Below are positions 1 to 8,477 of a stretch of 64,000 nt of DNA, piece after piece (the stretch's first letter is position 1; each line of letters begins with the position of its first letter). A program made the translations under genes and the position numbers. The notes beneath the pieces were generated by a model that worked only from the letters and a program-made list of their open reading frames with translations, had not been told where the DNA came from and searched no databases. This DNA comes from a virus: IMG/VR virus record IMGVR_UViG_3300045988_062804. The stretch is one strand, 5' to 3'.

Positions 1-542
1 ATACTATACGTGCTAAGTTCCCAGAAGGATACAAGTATCAAGGTGTGGCAGACTTTGTAATGGCTAGGAAGGAAGTAGGATATGTTCCAGGTACTAGAAC
101 TCCCATAGTAGAACCAGGTAATCTATATGATGATTTATCTCGTAGAGATTTTACTATTAATGCTATGGCTAAAGACCCTGATACTGGGGAGATTATAGAC
201 TACTTTGGTGGTATGGAGGATTTAAAATCTAAAATACTTAGAACTCCTCTTGATACCTATGTAACTTTGGACGATGACCCATTACGTATTCTGAGAGGGA
301 TTAGGTTTTCTATTACTAAGAACTTTGGTTTTAGTAACAGTCTATTTGATGCTATATACAACTACGACTACGAAAGTAAGATGTCAGTGGTGTCTGAGGA
401 GAGAATCAGAGAGGAGTTAGTGAAGTGCTTTAAACATGATACTAGTAGAACTCTATTTGCTTTATGTATTGTGTACAAATCACTGGGAGATTATATCTTT
501 ACTCATACTAATCTGTGGCTTAAGCCAACTAATGAGAAATAA
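1..542 (+). CDS. cca: tRNA nucleotidyltransferase (CCA-adding enzyme / poly(A) polymerase family), C-terminal part; 5' end lies outside the window
   Basis: The frame is open from nt 3, so the listed GTG at 45 is internal. RRDFTINAMA and DDPLRILRGIRF are signature motifs of class II nucleotidyltransferases. Confidence 0.85.
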   Translation, partial: TIRAKFPEGYKYQGVADFVMARKEVGYVPGTRTPIVEPGNLYDDLSRRDFTINAMAKDPDTGEIIDYFGGMEDLKSKILRTPLDTYVTLDDDPLRILRGIRFSITKNFGFSNSLFDAIYNYDYESKMSVVSEERIREELVKCFKHDTSRTLFALCIVYKSLGDYIFTHTNLWLKPTNEK

Positions 543-1462
543 TGGAAACAAGACAGTTAATAATCTGTAGAGGTATCCAAGGCTCAGGTAAATCTACTTG
601 GGCTAAGCAATGGTGTCATGAAGACCCAGAACATAGAATTAGATTCAATAACGATGATATTCGTAATATGTTAGGTGACTACTGGGTTCCTAACAGAGAG
701 AAGGTTGTTACTGCAACTTATAACACTGTACTAGCTTATAGTATGGAGAAAGGTTATAATATCGTAGTTGATAACATGAACCTCAACCCTAAGACTTGTG
801 CTGAGTTAGAGAAGATGGTTAAGGACTTTAACGAGAATTATACCTATGATTGGAAGTATGAAGTTGAATATAAAGATTTCTTCATTCCAGTTGAAGAGTG
901 TATTCGTCGTGATGCTATGAGACCCAATCCTATTGGTGAGAAGGTTATCAAAGCGACTTGGAGAAGGTACAGAGATTTTATTATCCGAGAAGATATTAAC
1001 AATATGCTAAAGAGAGCACCTAAACACGTAGACGGAGGACGCCCTGTCATACTAGTTGATATGGATGCTACTTTATGCCTAAATACATCAGGTAGACCTT
1101 ATTATGGAGAAGGTGCAGCTGAGGGTATGCTGGATGATGTAGCCATAGAAGGAACTTGTGCTCTTGTTAGGCGTATGTACGAGAAGTGCAAAGTCTTTAT
1201 CGTTACTGGTAGAGAAGGCACTCCAGAGATTATAGCAGCTACTAAGAAATGGTTGGCTATGCACGATGTTGCTGTGGATGAATTATTCTTTAGACCAGTT
1301 AAGGATTATAGTCCTGGGGCTGATTGTAAGAAGAAAATCTATAAAGATAATATCGAGGGTAAGTATAATGTTCAATTTGTTCTTGAAGACAATTATAAAT
1401 GTGTCAAGATGTGGAGAGAACAAGGCTTACTATGTCTACAACCTAATGAAGGAAAATTCTAA
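542..1462 (+). CDS. bifunctional polynucleotide 5'-kinase / 3'-phosphatase (T4 Pnkp-like)
   Basis: N-terminal P-loop GIQGSGKST. C-terminal HAD phosphatase motifs DMDATL (DxDxT), VTGRE and LEDNYKCVKMWREQG, in the same domain order and with the same C-terminal signature as T4 Pnkp. TAATG junction with the upstream gene. Confidence 0.9.
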   Translation: METRQLIICRGIQGSGKSTWAKQWCHEDPEHRIRFNNDDIRNMLGDYWVPNREKVVTATYNTVLAYSMEKGYNIVVDNMNLNPKTCAELEKMVKDFNENYTYDWKYEVEYKDFFIPVEECIRRDAMRPNPIGEKVIKATWRRYRDFIIREDINNMLKRAPKHVDGGRPVILVDMDATLCLNTSGRPYYGEGAAEGMLDDVAIEGTCALVRRMYEKCKVFIVTGREGTPEIIAATKKWLAMHDVAVDELFFRPVKDYSPGADCKKKIYKDNIEGKYNVQFVLEDNYKCVKMWREQGLLCLQPNEGKF

Positions 1463-1707
1463 TGAGTATTATACAAGAAATTCAGAACTTGCATCTAAAA
1501 AGAGTTGATGTAAGTAAAGTAGAGAACAAGGGAGACCATAGTCTTATCTATATCACAGGAGGCTTTAATGGTACTGGTGAGTGGGATTTCTACTTGCAAC
1601 AGATGCAGGAAATAGTCAAGGTCACAAATGGCTGGATTGTTAGTTTAAAAAATGATTGTTTAGATGACATATGGTATCTTGTTATAGGAACTACTAAACC
1701 ATGCTAG
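1462..1707 (+). CDS. hypothetical protein (81 aa)
   Basis: ORF with a TAATG junction to pnkp. No recognisable motif. Confidence 0.6.
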   Translation: MSIIQEIQNLHLKRVDVSKVENKGDHSLIYITGGFNGTGEWDFYLQQMQEIVKVTNGWIVSLKNDCLDDIWYLVIGTTKPC

Positions 1708-1862
1708 TAGGACAATTAATTGAAATCCTCAAGCAATTTGACCAAGATAGAGAAGTTATGATTCATACTCTAAGTGGTCAGAATGCTGAAGTTAAAGGAT
1801 ATTTCCCTAAAGATGATGAATATTTTTATCTAACAGACTTGGATGTAGTTCCAAGAGACTAA
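1701..1862 (+). CDS. small hypothetical protein (53 aa, below ORF-track cutoff)
   Basis: Hand translation gives MLVGQLIEILKQFDQDREVMIHTLSGQNAEVKGYFPKDDEYFYLTDLDVVPRD. The ATG overlaps the upstream stop and the ORF fills an otherwise unexplained 158-nt gap. Confidence 0.5.
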   Translation: MLVGQLIEILKQFDQDREVMIHTLSGQNAEVKGYFPKDDEYFYLTDLDVVPRD

Positions 1863-1865
1863 CTT

Positions 1866-2204
1866 ATGGATGATATTAAAAAGAGGTTTCTAACCAATAC
1901 TGATGAAACTGGAAGATTTATTGTTAAGTCCTTAACTACTGGTAAGACATATTATGTTGAACCAATAGGTAATGGGCATCCAGCAGATTGGGGAGATATT
2001 AATCCTGCAACTAAGAAGATTGAAGGGGACTATGGTCAGAAATATACTGGCTGTGTATCTGAGAAGGAATCATTAATAACTCCTGAGAATGGTTTCAAAC
2101 TTATTGAAACTCTTGAAGCTGGTATGAGTCCACTTAGTGTAGTATATCAAAGAGATTTGGAATATGAGAAACTAATGAACAAATCAAATGAAATTCAAGG
2201 GTGA
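1866..2204 (+). CDS. hypothetical protein (112 aa)
   Basis: ORF in the co-directional array. No motif recognised. Confidence 0.6.
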   Translation: MDDIKKRFLTNTDETGRFIVKSLTTGKTYYVEPIGNGHPADWGDINPATKKIEGDYGQKYTGCVSEKESLITPENGFKLIETLEAGMSPLSVVYQRDLEYEKLMNKSNEIQG

Positions 2205-2727
2205 TATTATCATAACAGACCCATGTTATATAATTAAAGAAGACTCTGATGATTGGAGTAAGTGTGGTTGGGGTGAGAACATGAGAGTACTGGGTCTTAC
2301 AACCTATATCTCTGAATCTACTCTTTATGGTGATTGGAGTTGTTCTACCTGGTCTACACCTCGTAAAGATGCGGAAGCACAGTTAGAAGAGCTTAATACT
2401 TTAGGAAGAGCAAGATGGGAACTTATGAAGCAGTATGGAGAAGACTCAGTTCAAGCTAAAATCTACGATGATAAGATAGCTGATGCATCTTTAAACATCG
2501 AGAAGATTGGACACTTCTGTGCTGATACTGGCATGGTGGCTGTGTTCCTATTGGACGAAGTATTGAAATATAATTCCGACTTCGATTATCATATTAACAG
2601 AGAGTGGACTACTACACTAATCAAAGACTTTGATGGTGAAGTAAACTACTATGTTGATAATGAAGATGATGCTCACATCATCGGAGTAGGTAGTGTTAAC
2701 TTCTTTACTACACAAACAGGATTCTAA
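2188..2727 (+). CDS. hypothetical protein (179 aa; TDPCY and YGDWSC motifs, possibly DUF4241-like)
   Basis: ORF overlapping the upstream gene by 17 nt. The family assignment is recalled from memory and was not searched. Confidence 0.55.
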   Translation: MKFKGDIIITDPCYIIKEDSDDWSKCGWGENMRVLGLTTYISESTLYGDWSCSTWSTPRKDAEAQLEELNTLGRARWELMKQYGEDSVQAKIYDDKIADASLNIEKIGHFCADTGMVAVFLLDEVLKYNSDFDYHINREWTTTLIKDFDGEVNYYVDNEDDAHIIGVGSVNFFTTQTGF

Positions 2728-2728
2728 T

Positions 2729-2971
2729 ATGAAATTCAATTTGTACGAAGACGTAAAGGTATGTACTTGGCGTAGATACTCTTACGAAGTAGAAGCTGAA
2801 ACATTAGAGGAAGCTGTTGAGCTGGTTAGAGATGGGGAGGTGGATAGTACTGACATGGAGGAGTTCTATGATGCTGACTATTTCCTAACTCCTGCAAACA
2901 ATGAAGGTCGTGCCACACAAGAAATCTATTCAGCTAAAGATGATAAATTGTTGTATTCAAATGCAGATTAA
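2729..2971 (+). CDS. hypothetical acidic protein (80 aa)
   Basis: I prefer the ATG at 2729 (MKFNLYED), just after the upstream stop, to the listed start at 2693 inside the upstream gene. Confidence 0.55.
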   Translation: MKFNLYEDVKVCTWRRYSYEVEAETLEEAVELVRDGEVDSTDMEEFYDADYFLTPANNEGRATQEIYSAKDDKLLYSNAD

Positions 2972-2986
2972 TAATGTATAAGTTTA

Positions 2987-3733
2987 ATGGGGGGAAATGG
3001 CGCTGTAGTCTGCGATGAATGTAGTGTCATTATGGAACAGAATATTCCATTTGATAAGTATCGTAAGGAGCATAGTGGTTATGACTTCTGCGAACAATGC
3101 CTAAGTAATCTTACTATAGTGGATAACTTTGATATGATTGAGAATATCTTGGAATTTAATAACCAAGATGAGTTCTACTTTCTACAGATTATCCAACGTA
3201 AGAAAGATGGCAATGTGACTCAAATTGGAAACAATGGTTATAGAACTATCAAGACTTACTGTATCTTTAGTAAAGACCAGTTCTTAACCAAGAAAGAGAA
3301 GATTAAAGAACTATGCCTCAAGAATAATGCTAGAGCATATATCCATCTTAATAGAAGGAATGCTCAAGAAGTAGCATTGGCTTCAATCCAACAATATGCC
3401 AAATTAGTTTCAGAAGGTAACTCTTATCAGGGTTACAGAGTATGGGATAGTGCGTGTGGTGGAAACAGAGCTAGAGGTTATAAACCATTGTGGGCGGTTG
3501 ATGTAGACTCCAAAGACCCAGAATATTTAAAGACAGTTATTGAACTAGTTAATGAATGTAGGGGTGCTGAGGAGAATAAGGTAAGGTATCAAATTCCTAC
3601 ACTACATGGTTATCATCTAATAACTATTGGATTCGATGTTCAACAGTTCAGCCAAAAGCTGGCTATTAAGAACATGGACCCGATTGATATTCAGAAGGAT
3701 AATCCTACTTTGTTGTATTATGCAACTGTTTAA
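2987..3733 (+). CDS. Zn-ribbon protein with a possible minimal archaeo-eukaryotic-primase-like (DxD / hGxH / D) domain; function unknown
   Basis: N-terminal CDEC...CEQC. Further on come LWAVDVDSKD (nt 3500-3508), TLHGYHLIT (3605-3616) and DPIDIQKD, in the order and spacing expected for AEP motifs I-III. The match is weak and made by eye only. Confidence 0.3.
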   Translation: MGGNGAVVCDECSVIMEQNIPFDKYRKEHSGYDFCEQCLSNLTIVDNFDMIENILEFNNQDEFYFLQIIQRKKDGNVTQIGNNGYRTIKTYCIFSKDQFLTKKEKIKELCLKNNARAYIHLNRRNAQEVALASIQQYAKLVSEGNSYQGYRVWDSACGGNRARGYKPLWAVDVDSKDPEYLKTVIELVNECRGAEENKVRYQIPTLHGYHLITIGFDVQQFSQKLAIKNMDPIDIQKDNPTLLYYATV

Positions 3734-3791
3734 GGCTTAGAAATAAGTGCTGTATTAGATTACTCGTTAGGATTTATAAAAGCAAAACACA

Positions 3792-4016
3792 ATGAGTAAT
3801 TTACCATTAGGAGCAGAGAATGACCCTTTTGCTCCGTACAACGTTCAAGAAGAGACGTTCAAATTTGACTTGGGTGTTAAAGGTATAGCATGGTATGAAT
3901 ACTATGGCTATTTAGACATTGATGAAGCTAAGGAGACTATTAAGCAACGTCTTACAGCAGCTTTATCGCAGCTTGGAGATATTGATATTAATGATGTAGA
4001 CATAGCTATATATTAA
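3792..4016 (+). CDS. hypothetical protein (74 aa)
   Basis: ORF with a TAATG junction to the polymerase gene. Confidence 0.6.
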   Translation: MSNLPLGAENDPFAPYNVQEETFKFDLGVKGIAWYEYYGYLDIDEAKETIKQRLTAALSQLGDIDINDVDIAIY

Positions 4017-6184
4017 TGATATATCTAGTAACCAAGCAACAGTCTCTTTGGGCTTCTGACAGATATAAAGTCATTAGTGCTGAAGAGGCTTTAGAACTAT
4101 TGGCACCTCTCAGTGTAGTAGAGCTGGATACTGAAACTATGGGTTTAGACCCGTATACTAAGGAACTATTAACTGTTCAACTTGGTTGTGCAGACTTCCA
4201 GGTAGTTATTGATTGTACATCTGTTGATATACACCTATTTAAGGAGTATATGGAGAATCCACAAAGGATGTTCTTAGGTTGGAATATTAAGTTTGACTTG
4301 AAATTCCTATATCATCAGAGAATCATTCCTATGAGGGTTTATGATGGTTATCTAGCCGAGAAATTACTTTGGTTAGGTTATCCAGCAGGTATGCATGAGA
4401 TGAGCTTGAAAGCTGCTAGTATCAATTATCTAGGAGTAGATATGGATAAGTCTGTACGAGGTAAGATTGTACAGACTGGATTAACAGAAGATGTTATTGT
4501 GTATGCTGCTGGTGATGTCTCTTATCTGGGTAAGATTAGAGATAAGCAACTTGAACAACTCGAAGCTAAAGGCTTATTAAAGGCTATTGACTTTGAAAAT
4601 GAGTTTGTTAAGTGTTTAGCATATATAGAATATTGTGGAGCTAAGTTAGACGTAGGTAAGTGGAGAATTAAAATGACTACTGACCTTAATAACCTTGAGA
4701 GATATGAAGCAGAGCTAAATGATTGGGTAGAGCGTTATTGCCATGAATATGGTGATAAGGGTTATACTATCAATCAAGTTATCCATATTGATAAATGGTA
4801 TAAGACAGAGGATGCACTCAAAGAAGAGAGAGCTAAATTACCTCTTAATGCTGTTAGAGCACCAGAGTTTGATTCTACTGGAGCGAGTCATGACAGTGAA
4901 GCTTATGTCATTAAGCAAACTGGTAACTATTGTTCTGTAAATATGCAGGGTGATTTGTTTAGTGGATTTGATACTAAGCCAAGATGTCATATAAACTGGA
5001 CTAGTTCCCAACAAGTAATCCCATTGTTTGAAGAATTGGGATTGAATCTGAGAGTATTAGACAAGAAGACCAAGCATTATAAGAAGTCTGTGGATATTAA
5101 AGTGGTAGAACCACAAGCATCTAAGAGTCCTCTAATTCCAATATATATAAAGTATAAGAAAGCTGCTATCATTGTTAATACCTTTGGTCAAAAGTTCTTA
5201 AACTTGATAAATCCTGTAACTGGCAGAATACACGCCAATTTCAATCAGTTAGGAACGGATACTGGTAGGTTAAGTTCAACAGAACCTAATCTACAGAATC
5301 TACCACATGATGCTCAGACTAGAGCGTGCTTTGTTTCCGATACAGGTAACAAATGGATTTCAGCCGATTATAGTGGTCAAGAGTCATATCTAATGGCATC
5401 TATGGCTAATGATGAAGCTATGTTGGAAGAACTCACTAATGGTAGTGGTGACTTGCACAGTCTAACCGCCAAGATGGTATTCCAGCAAATCCCAAGGGAT
5501 ATGCCTCTAAAGGATATTAAGAAGAACTTCAAAGACCTAAGGCAAGAAGCCAAAGGTTATGAGTTCTGTTTTAATTATGGTGGTCAAGATAGTACCTTAA
5601 TAAGGAATTATGGTCTTGATGCCAAGAGAGCTAAAGAAATCTATGAGAACTATATGTCAGGTTTTGCTGGCTTAAAGAAGTATCAGGATTTCAGAAGGGT
5701 AGATGTTATGCGTAAAGGTTATATCTTATTAAGTAAGATAACTGGGCATAAGGCATATATCTATGACTATGATGAACTTAAAAGACAGATGGATAAGCAA
5801 GAAGACCCTGAGTTCTGGGCATATTATAGAGAAATGAAGCAGGAAGACCCTGACTGTGACACTGTACAAGGTGTTAGACGTTTAGCAAGACGTAAAGCAG
5901 AGTCTGAGAAGCAGTCTATTAATTATCCTATTCAGGCTGCTGGTGCATTGTGTTTTAAGTTAGCATCTATAAAGCTGTTCAACTGGCTATTAAAGAATGG
6001 CTTGTTATTCAAGGTTAAATATTGTATTCCAGTACATGATGAAATTAATCTTGAAGCTCCAGAAGAGATTTCACAAGAAGTTGCAGATATATTAGTTAAG
6101 TGCATGGTAAGTGCAGGTAAACCATTCTGTACAAGAGCACATTTAGGTGCTGATGTAGAGATTGCAAATTATTGGGTCCATTAA
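4016..6184 (+). CDS. polA: family A DNA polymerase with 3'-5' proofreading exonuclease and no 5'-3' exonuclease domain
   Basis: Exo motifs: VELDTETMGLDP, GWNIKFDLKFLY and YAAGDVSYL. Pol motif A ISADYSGQESYL, motif B RQEAKGYEFCFNYGG, motif C IPVHDEINLE. Confidence 0.95.
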   Translation: MIYLVTKQQSLWASDRYKVISAEEALELLAPLSVVELDTETMGLDPYTKELLTVQLGCADFQVVIDCTSVDIHLFKEYMENPQRMFLGWNIKFDLKFLYHQRIIPMRVYDGYLAEKLLWLGYPAGMHEMSLKAASINYLGVDMDKSVRGKIVQTGLTEDVIVYAAGDVSYLGKIRDKQLEQLEAKGLLKAIDFENEFVKCLAYIEYCGAKLDVGKWRIKMTTDLNNLERYEAELNDWVERYCHEYGDKGYTINQVIHIDKWYKTEDALKEERAKLPLNAVRAPEFDSTGASHDSEAYVIKQTGNYCSVNMQGDLFSGFDTKPRCHINWTSSQQVIPLFEELGLNLRVLDKKTKHYKKSVDIKVVEPQASKSPLIPIYIKYKKAAIIVNTFGQKFLNLINPVTGRIHANFNQLGTDTGRLSSTEPNLQNLPHDAQTRACFVSDTGNKWISADYSGQESYLMASMANDEAMLEELTNGSGDLHSLTAKMVFQQIPRDMPLKDIKKNFKDLRQEAKGYEFCFNYGGQDSTLIRNYGLDAKRAKEIYENYMSGFAGLKKYQDFRRVDVMRKGYILLSKITGHKAYIYDYDELKRQMDKQEDPEFWAYYREMKQEDPDCDTVQGVRRLARRKAESEKQSINYPIQAAGALCFKLASIKLFNWLLKNGLLFKVKYCIPVHDEINLEAPEEISQEVADILVKCMVSAGKPFCTRAHLGADVEIANYWVH

Positions 6185-6212
6185 TATAATTTAACTTATT
6201 AGTGTATCCAGG

Positions 6213-6236
6213 TTTGGTGAAATTTTTATATCTTTG
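6213..6236 (+). promoter_or_regulatory. Bacteroidota-type promoter (-7 box TATCTTTG at 6229-6236; upstream TTTG at 6213-6216)
   Basis: Matches the TAnnTTTG -7 consensus 20 nt upstream of the HNH gene ATG, in one of the few intergenic gaps. Confidence 0.55.
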
Positions 6237-6256
6237 TGTATTAATCAATACATGAT

Positions 6257-6811
6257 ATGGAAGTTTTATCAAGAATTTGTACTAAATGTGGAAGGGAGTT
6301 ACCACTCGAATGCTTCAATAAGTGTTGCACTGGTAAGTACGGTAGACGTGCTATGTGTAGAGAGTGTGAACATAAGATGCAAAATACACCAGAGAGAAGA
6401 GCAAGACGAAGAGAATTGGAAAAACAAAGGAGAGAGAATCCTGAGTATGTAAAGGAGAGAAATATGAAAGATGCTGAAACAAGGCATACCAATATTGACT
6501 CAATTAAAAAAGCAATGGTAAGGGCTGCTAAGAAAAGAGCCTCTACTAAGGGATTAGAGTTTGACATTACATACGAAGATATTGAGCTTCCAAAAGTATG
6601 TCCTCTTCTTGGTATTACTTTAGGAGTCTCTCCTGGAAGGGCTTCTGATTCTTCATACTCCCTGGATAGGATAGATTCATCTAAGGGTTACATCAGAGGT
6701 AATATATGGGTTATCTCTAATAAAGCAAATGTTATTAAAAATAACGCTACCTTAGAAGAGTTAGAATTACTTACACAGAACCTTAAAATTAAATTAGATT
6801 CAATGAAATGA
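6257..6811 (+). CDS. HNH-family endonuclease with N-terminal Cys-rich zinc finger
   Basis: CTKCGRELPLECFNKCCTGKYGRRAMCRECEHK, then SLDRIDSSKGYIRGNIWVISNKANVIKNN. This matches the xLDRID..kGY..gN......N pattern seen in phage HNH endonucleases. Confidence 0.7.
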   Translation: MEVLSRICTKCGRELPLECFNKCCTGKYGRRAMCRECEHKMQNTPERRARRRELEKQRRENPEYVKERNMKDAETRHTNIDSIKKAMVRAAKKRASTKGLEFDITYEDIELPKVCPLLGITLGVSPGRASDSSYSLDRIDSSKGYIRGNIWVISNKANVIKNNATLEELELLTQNLKIKLDSMK

Positions 6812-6826
6812 CCATTGGATACATTA

Positions 6827-7354
6827 ATGCAGACTGAAATTGAAAGAAAGTTCCTAACTACTAACAGCTTGTTCAAAGAGCAGGCTGTTAGGGTTGTGGA
6901 CATACGTCAAGGATACATAGGGGTTACCGATAAGGGAGAAGCTAGAGTATCTATAAGGGATGAGAAGGCATGGATTATAGTCAAGTCCAATGAAAGACTA
7001 TCAAGATTGGAGTATGAAATTCCTATTCCTAAGAAGGATGCAGAGGAATTACTTACAAGAACCTGCGGTAGAGTTATTCATAAGACTCGTTATATTATTC
7101 CAGCAACATCTGGTATGTTGAAATGGGAAGTAGATGAGTTCCATGAAGAGGACGATGGGCTAATTATTGCCGAGATAGAGTTACCATCAGAGGGTACACA
7201 GTTTGATAAACCTCAATGGCTTGGTAAAGAAGTGACACAAGATAGTACTTATTATAACTCTACACTCTCTAAGACGCCTTGGAAAGCTATTCAGAAGTCA
7301 CGTGCTGAAGCTAAAGCCTGGGATGATTGGAGAGATTCATTAGTAAAGAAATGA
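6827..7354 (+). CDS. CYTH-domain protein (triphosphate tunnel metalloenzyme; CyaB/ThTPase-like)
   Basis: N-terminal EIERKFL (ExExK signature) and WEVDEFHEEDDGLIIAEIELPSE. I prefer the ATG at 6827 to the listed TTG at 6815. Confidence 0.8.
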   Translation: MQTEIERKFLTTNSLFKEQAVRVVDIRQGYIGVTDKGEARVSIRDEKAWIIVKSNERLSRLEYEIPIPKKDAEELLTRTCGRVIHKTRYIIPATSGMLKWEVDEFHEEDDGLIIAEIELPSEGTQFDKPQWLGKEVTQDSTYYNSTLSKTPWKAIQKSRAEAKAWDDWRDSLVKK

Positions 7355-7617
7355 AGTATAGGAAGAAACCAGTTATCATTGAAGCTATACAGTTTGAAGA
7401 CAATGCAGATTGTATATTAGCTATTCATGAGTTTATGGGGCAGGAAACTACAAGAGTCAACTATGAGGATAAAGACAATCCTTATATAAAGATTGAAACT
7501 CTTGAAGGTACTATGAAAGCCTCAGTCGGAGATTATATCATCAAAGGTGTGAACGGAGAGTTCTATCCTTGTAAGCCAGATATATTTGAGAAAACTTATG
7601 AGGAAGTTACTGAATGA
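7351..7617 (+). CDS. hypothetical protein (88 aa)
   Basis: ATG at 7351 forms an ATGA overlap with the CYTH stop; the listed start at 7327 is a TTG. The sequence KKPVIIEAIQF...GDYIIKG..GEFYPCKPDIFEKTYEEV looks like a common small phage protein family. Confidence 0.6.
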   Translation: MKYRKKPVIIEAIQFEDNADCILAIHEFMGQETTRVNYEDKDNPYIKIETLEGTMKASVGDYIIKGVNGEFYPCKPDIFEKTYEEVTE

Positions 7618-8477
7618 AGCTGATTAAACCATCATTTGAAATACTAGAACAAAAGCCTGGATTAGATGGGCTGTTACAACATATAGAAAGATGTGGTAGA
7701 ACCTGTTATAAGTCAGAAGACAAAATAACAGAAGAAAGTGCTCCTAAGTTTGTAGATATGTTAGTCAAACGTGGTCATACTGCAATGGTTGAGCATGGTA
7801 CTGTATATTTGAAGTATGATATTATTGAACATGGTTCTATGAACCTCCCAAATAAGTATCACTTCAATGAGTATTCTGTAGTAACTATCAATAATGAACC
7901 TCTTCATGGATATGAAATTCCAGAATATAGAGAGAAGTTCAACGGGCACACATATGCTTATATAACTACCAACTATAGAGTATTACTTCAGAATGACTGG
8001 CTGGACGACCTTAAATATCAATGTGAGCCTACAGAGCATCACGTTAAACGTGTTACTGTTAAGTTTGTATGTGATAGAGGAGTTAGTCATGAGTTTGTAA
8101 GGCATAGAGTATTCAGCTTTGCTCAAGAAAGCACTCGTTACTGTAACTATTCTAAGGACAAGTTTGGAAATGAATTGACTTTCATTGAGCCTTGTTGGGA
8201 TTGGGGTAGTGTAACTAGGGATGGGTTCGTTGCTTTCCAGACAGCTTTAGTTGAGGCAGAAAATATGTACCTTTACCTATTGCAGAATGGATGGAAACCT
8301 CAACAGGCTAGAGCTATACTTCCTAACAGCTTAAAGACCGAGTTAATTATGACTGGCACTATTAAACAATGGGAAGGGTTCTTCAAGTTGAGAGATGCTA
8401 AGGATGCTCACCCTCAAGCAAGAGAGTTGGCACAACCACTGCATGAAGAATTTATTAAGAGGGGCTATATAAAATGA
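7614..8477 (+). CDS. thyX: flavin-dependent thymidylate synthase ThyX
   Basis: ThyX signature RHRVFSFAQESTRY (RHRxxSxxxxSxR). ATGA overlap with the upstream gene. Confidence 0.95.
   Translation: MKLIKPSFEILEQKPGLDGLLQHIERCGRTCYKSEDKITEESAPKFVDMLVKRGHTAMVEHGTVYLKYDIIEHGSMNLPNKYHFNEYSVVTINNEPLHGYEIPEYREKFNGHTYAYITTNYRVLLQNDWLDDLKYQCEPTEHHVKRVTVKFVCDRGVSHEFVRHRVFSFAQESTRYCNYSKDKFGNELTFIEPCWDWGSVTRDGFVAFQTALVEAENMYLYLLQNGWKPQQARAILPNSLKTELIMTGTIKQWEGFFKLRDAKDAHPQARELAQPLHEEFIKRGYIK

Larger units (their letters stand above)
6213..6811 (+). mobile_element. free-standing HNH homing-endonuclease-like cassette next to the DNA polymerase gene
   Basis: It has its own promoter and an HNH-type ORF. It is inserted between polA and the CYTH gene and is not translationally coupled to its neighbours. 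Confidence 0.4.

Noticed and set aside
3200-3211. KKDG in the 248-aa protein, read as a possible ligase KxDG adenylation motif that would supply the missing RNA ligase.
   Set aside because: No downstream ligase motifs (III, IV or V) can be found in the remaining 170 residues. The lysine context does not match Rnl or DNA ligase families.
6234-6567. Alternative ORFs (72 aa on +, 108 aa and 62 aa on -) overlapping the start of the HNH gene.
   Set aside because: The 6257 frame gives a coherent Cys-finger plus HNH protein. The alternatives are low-complexity and overlap it completely.
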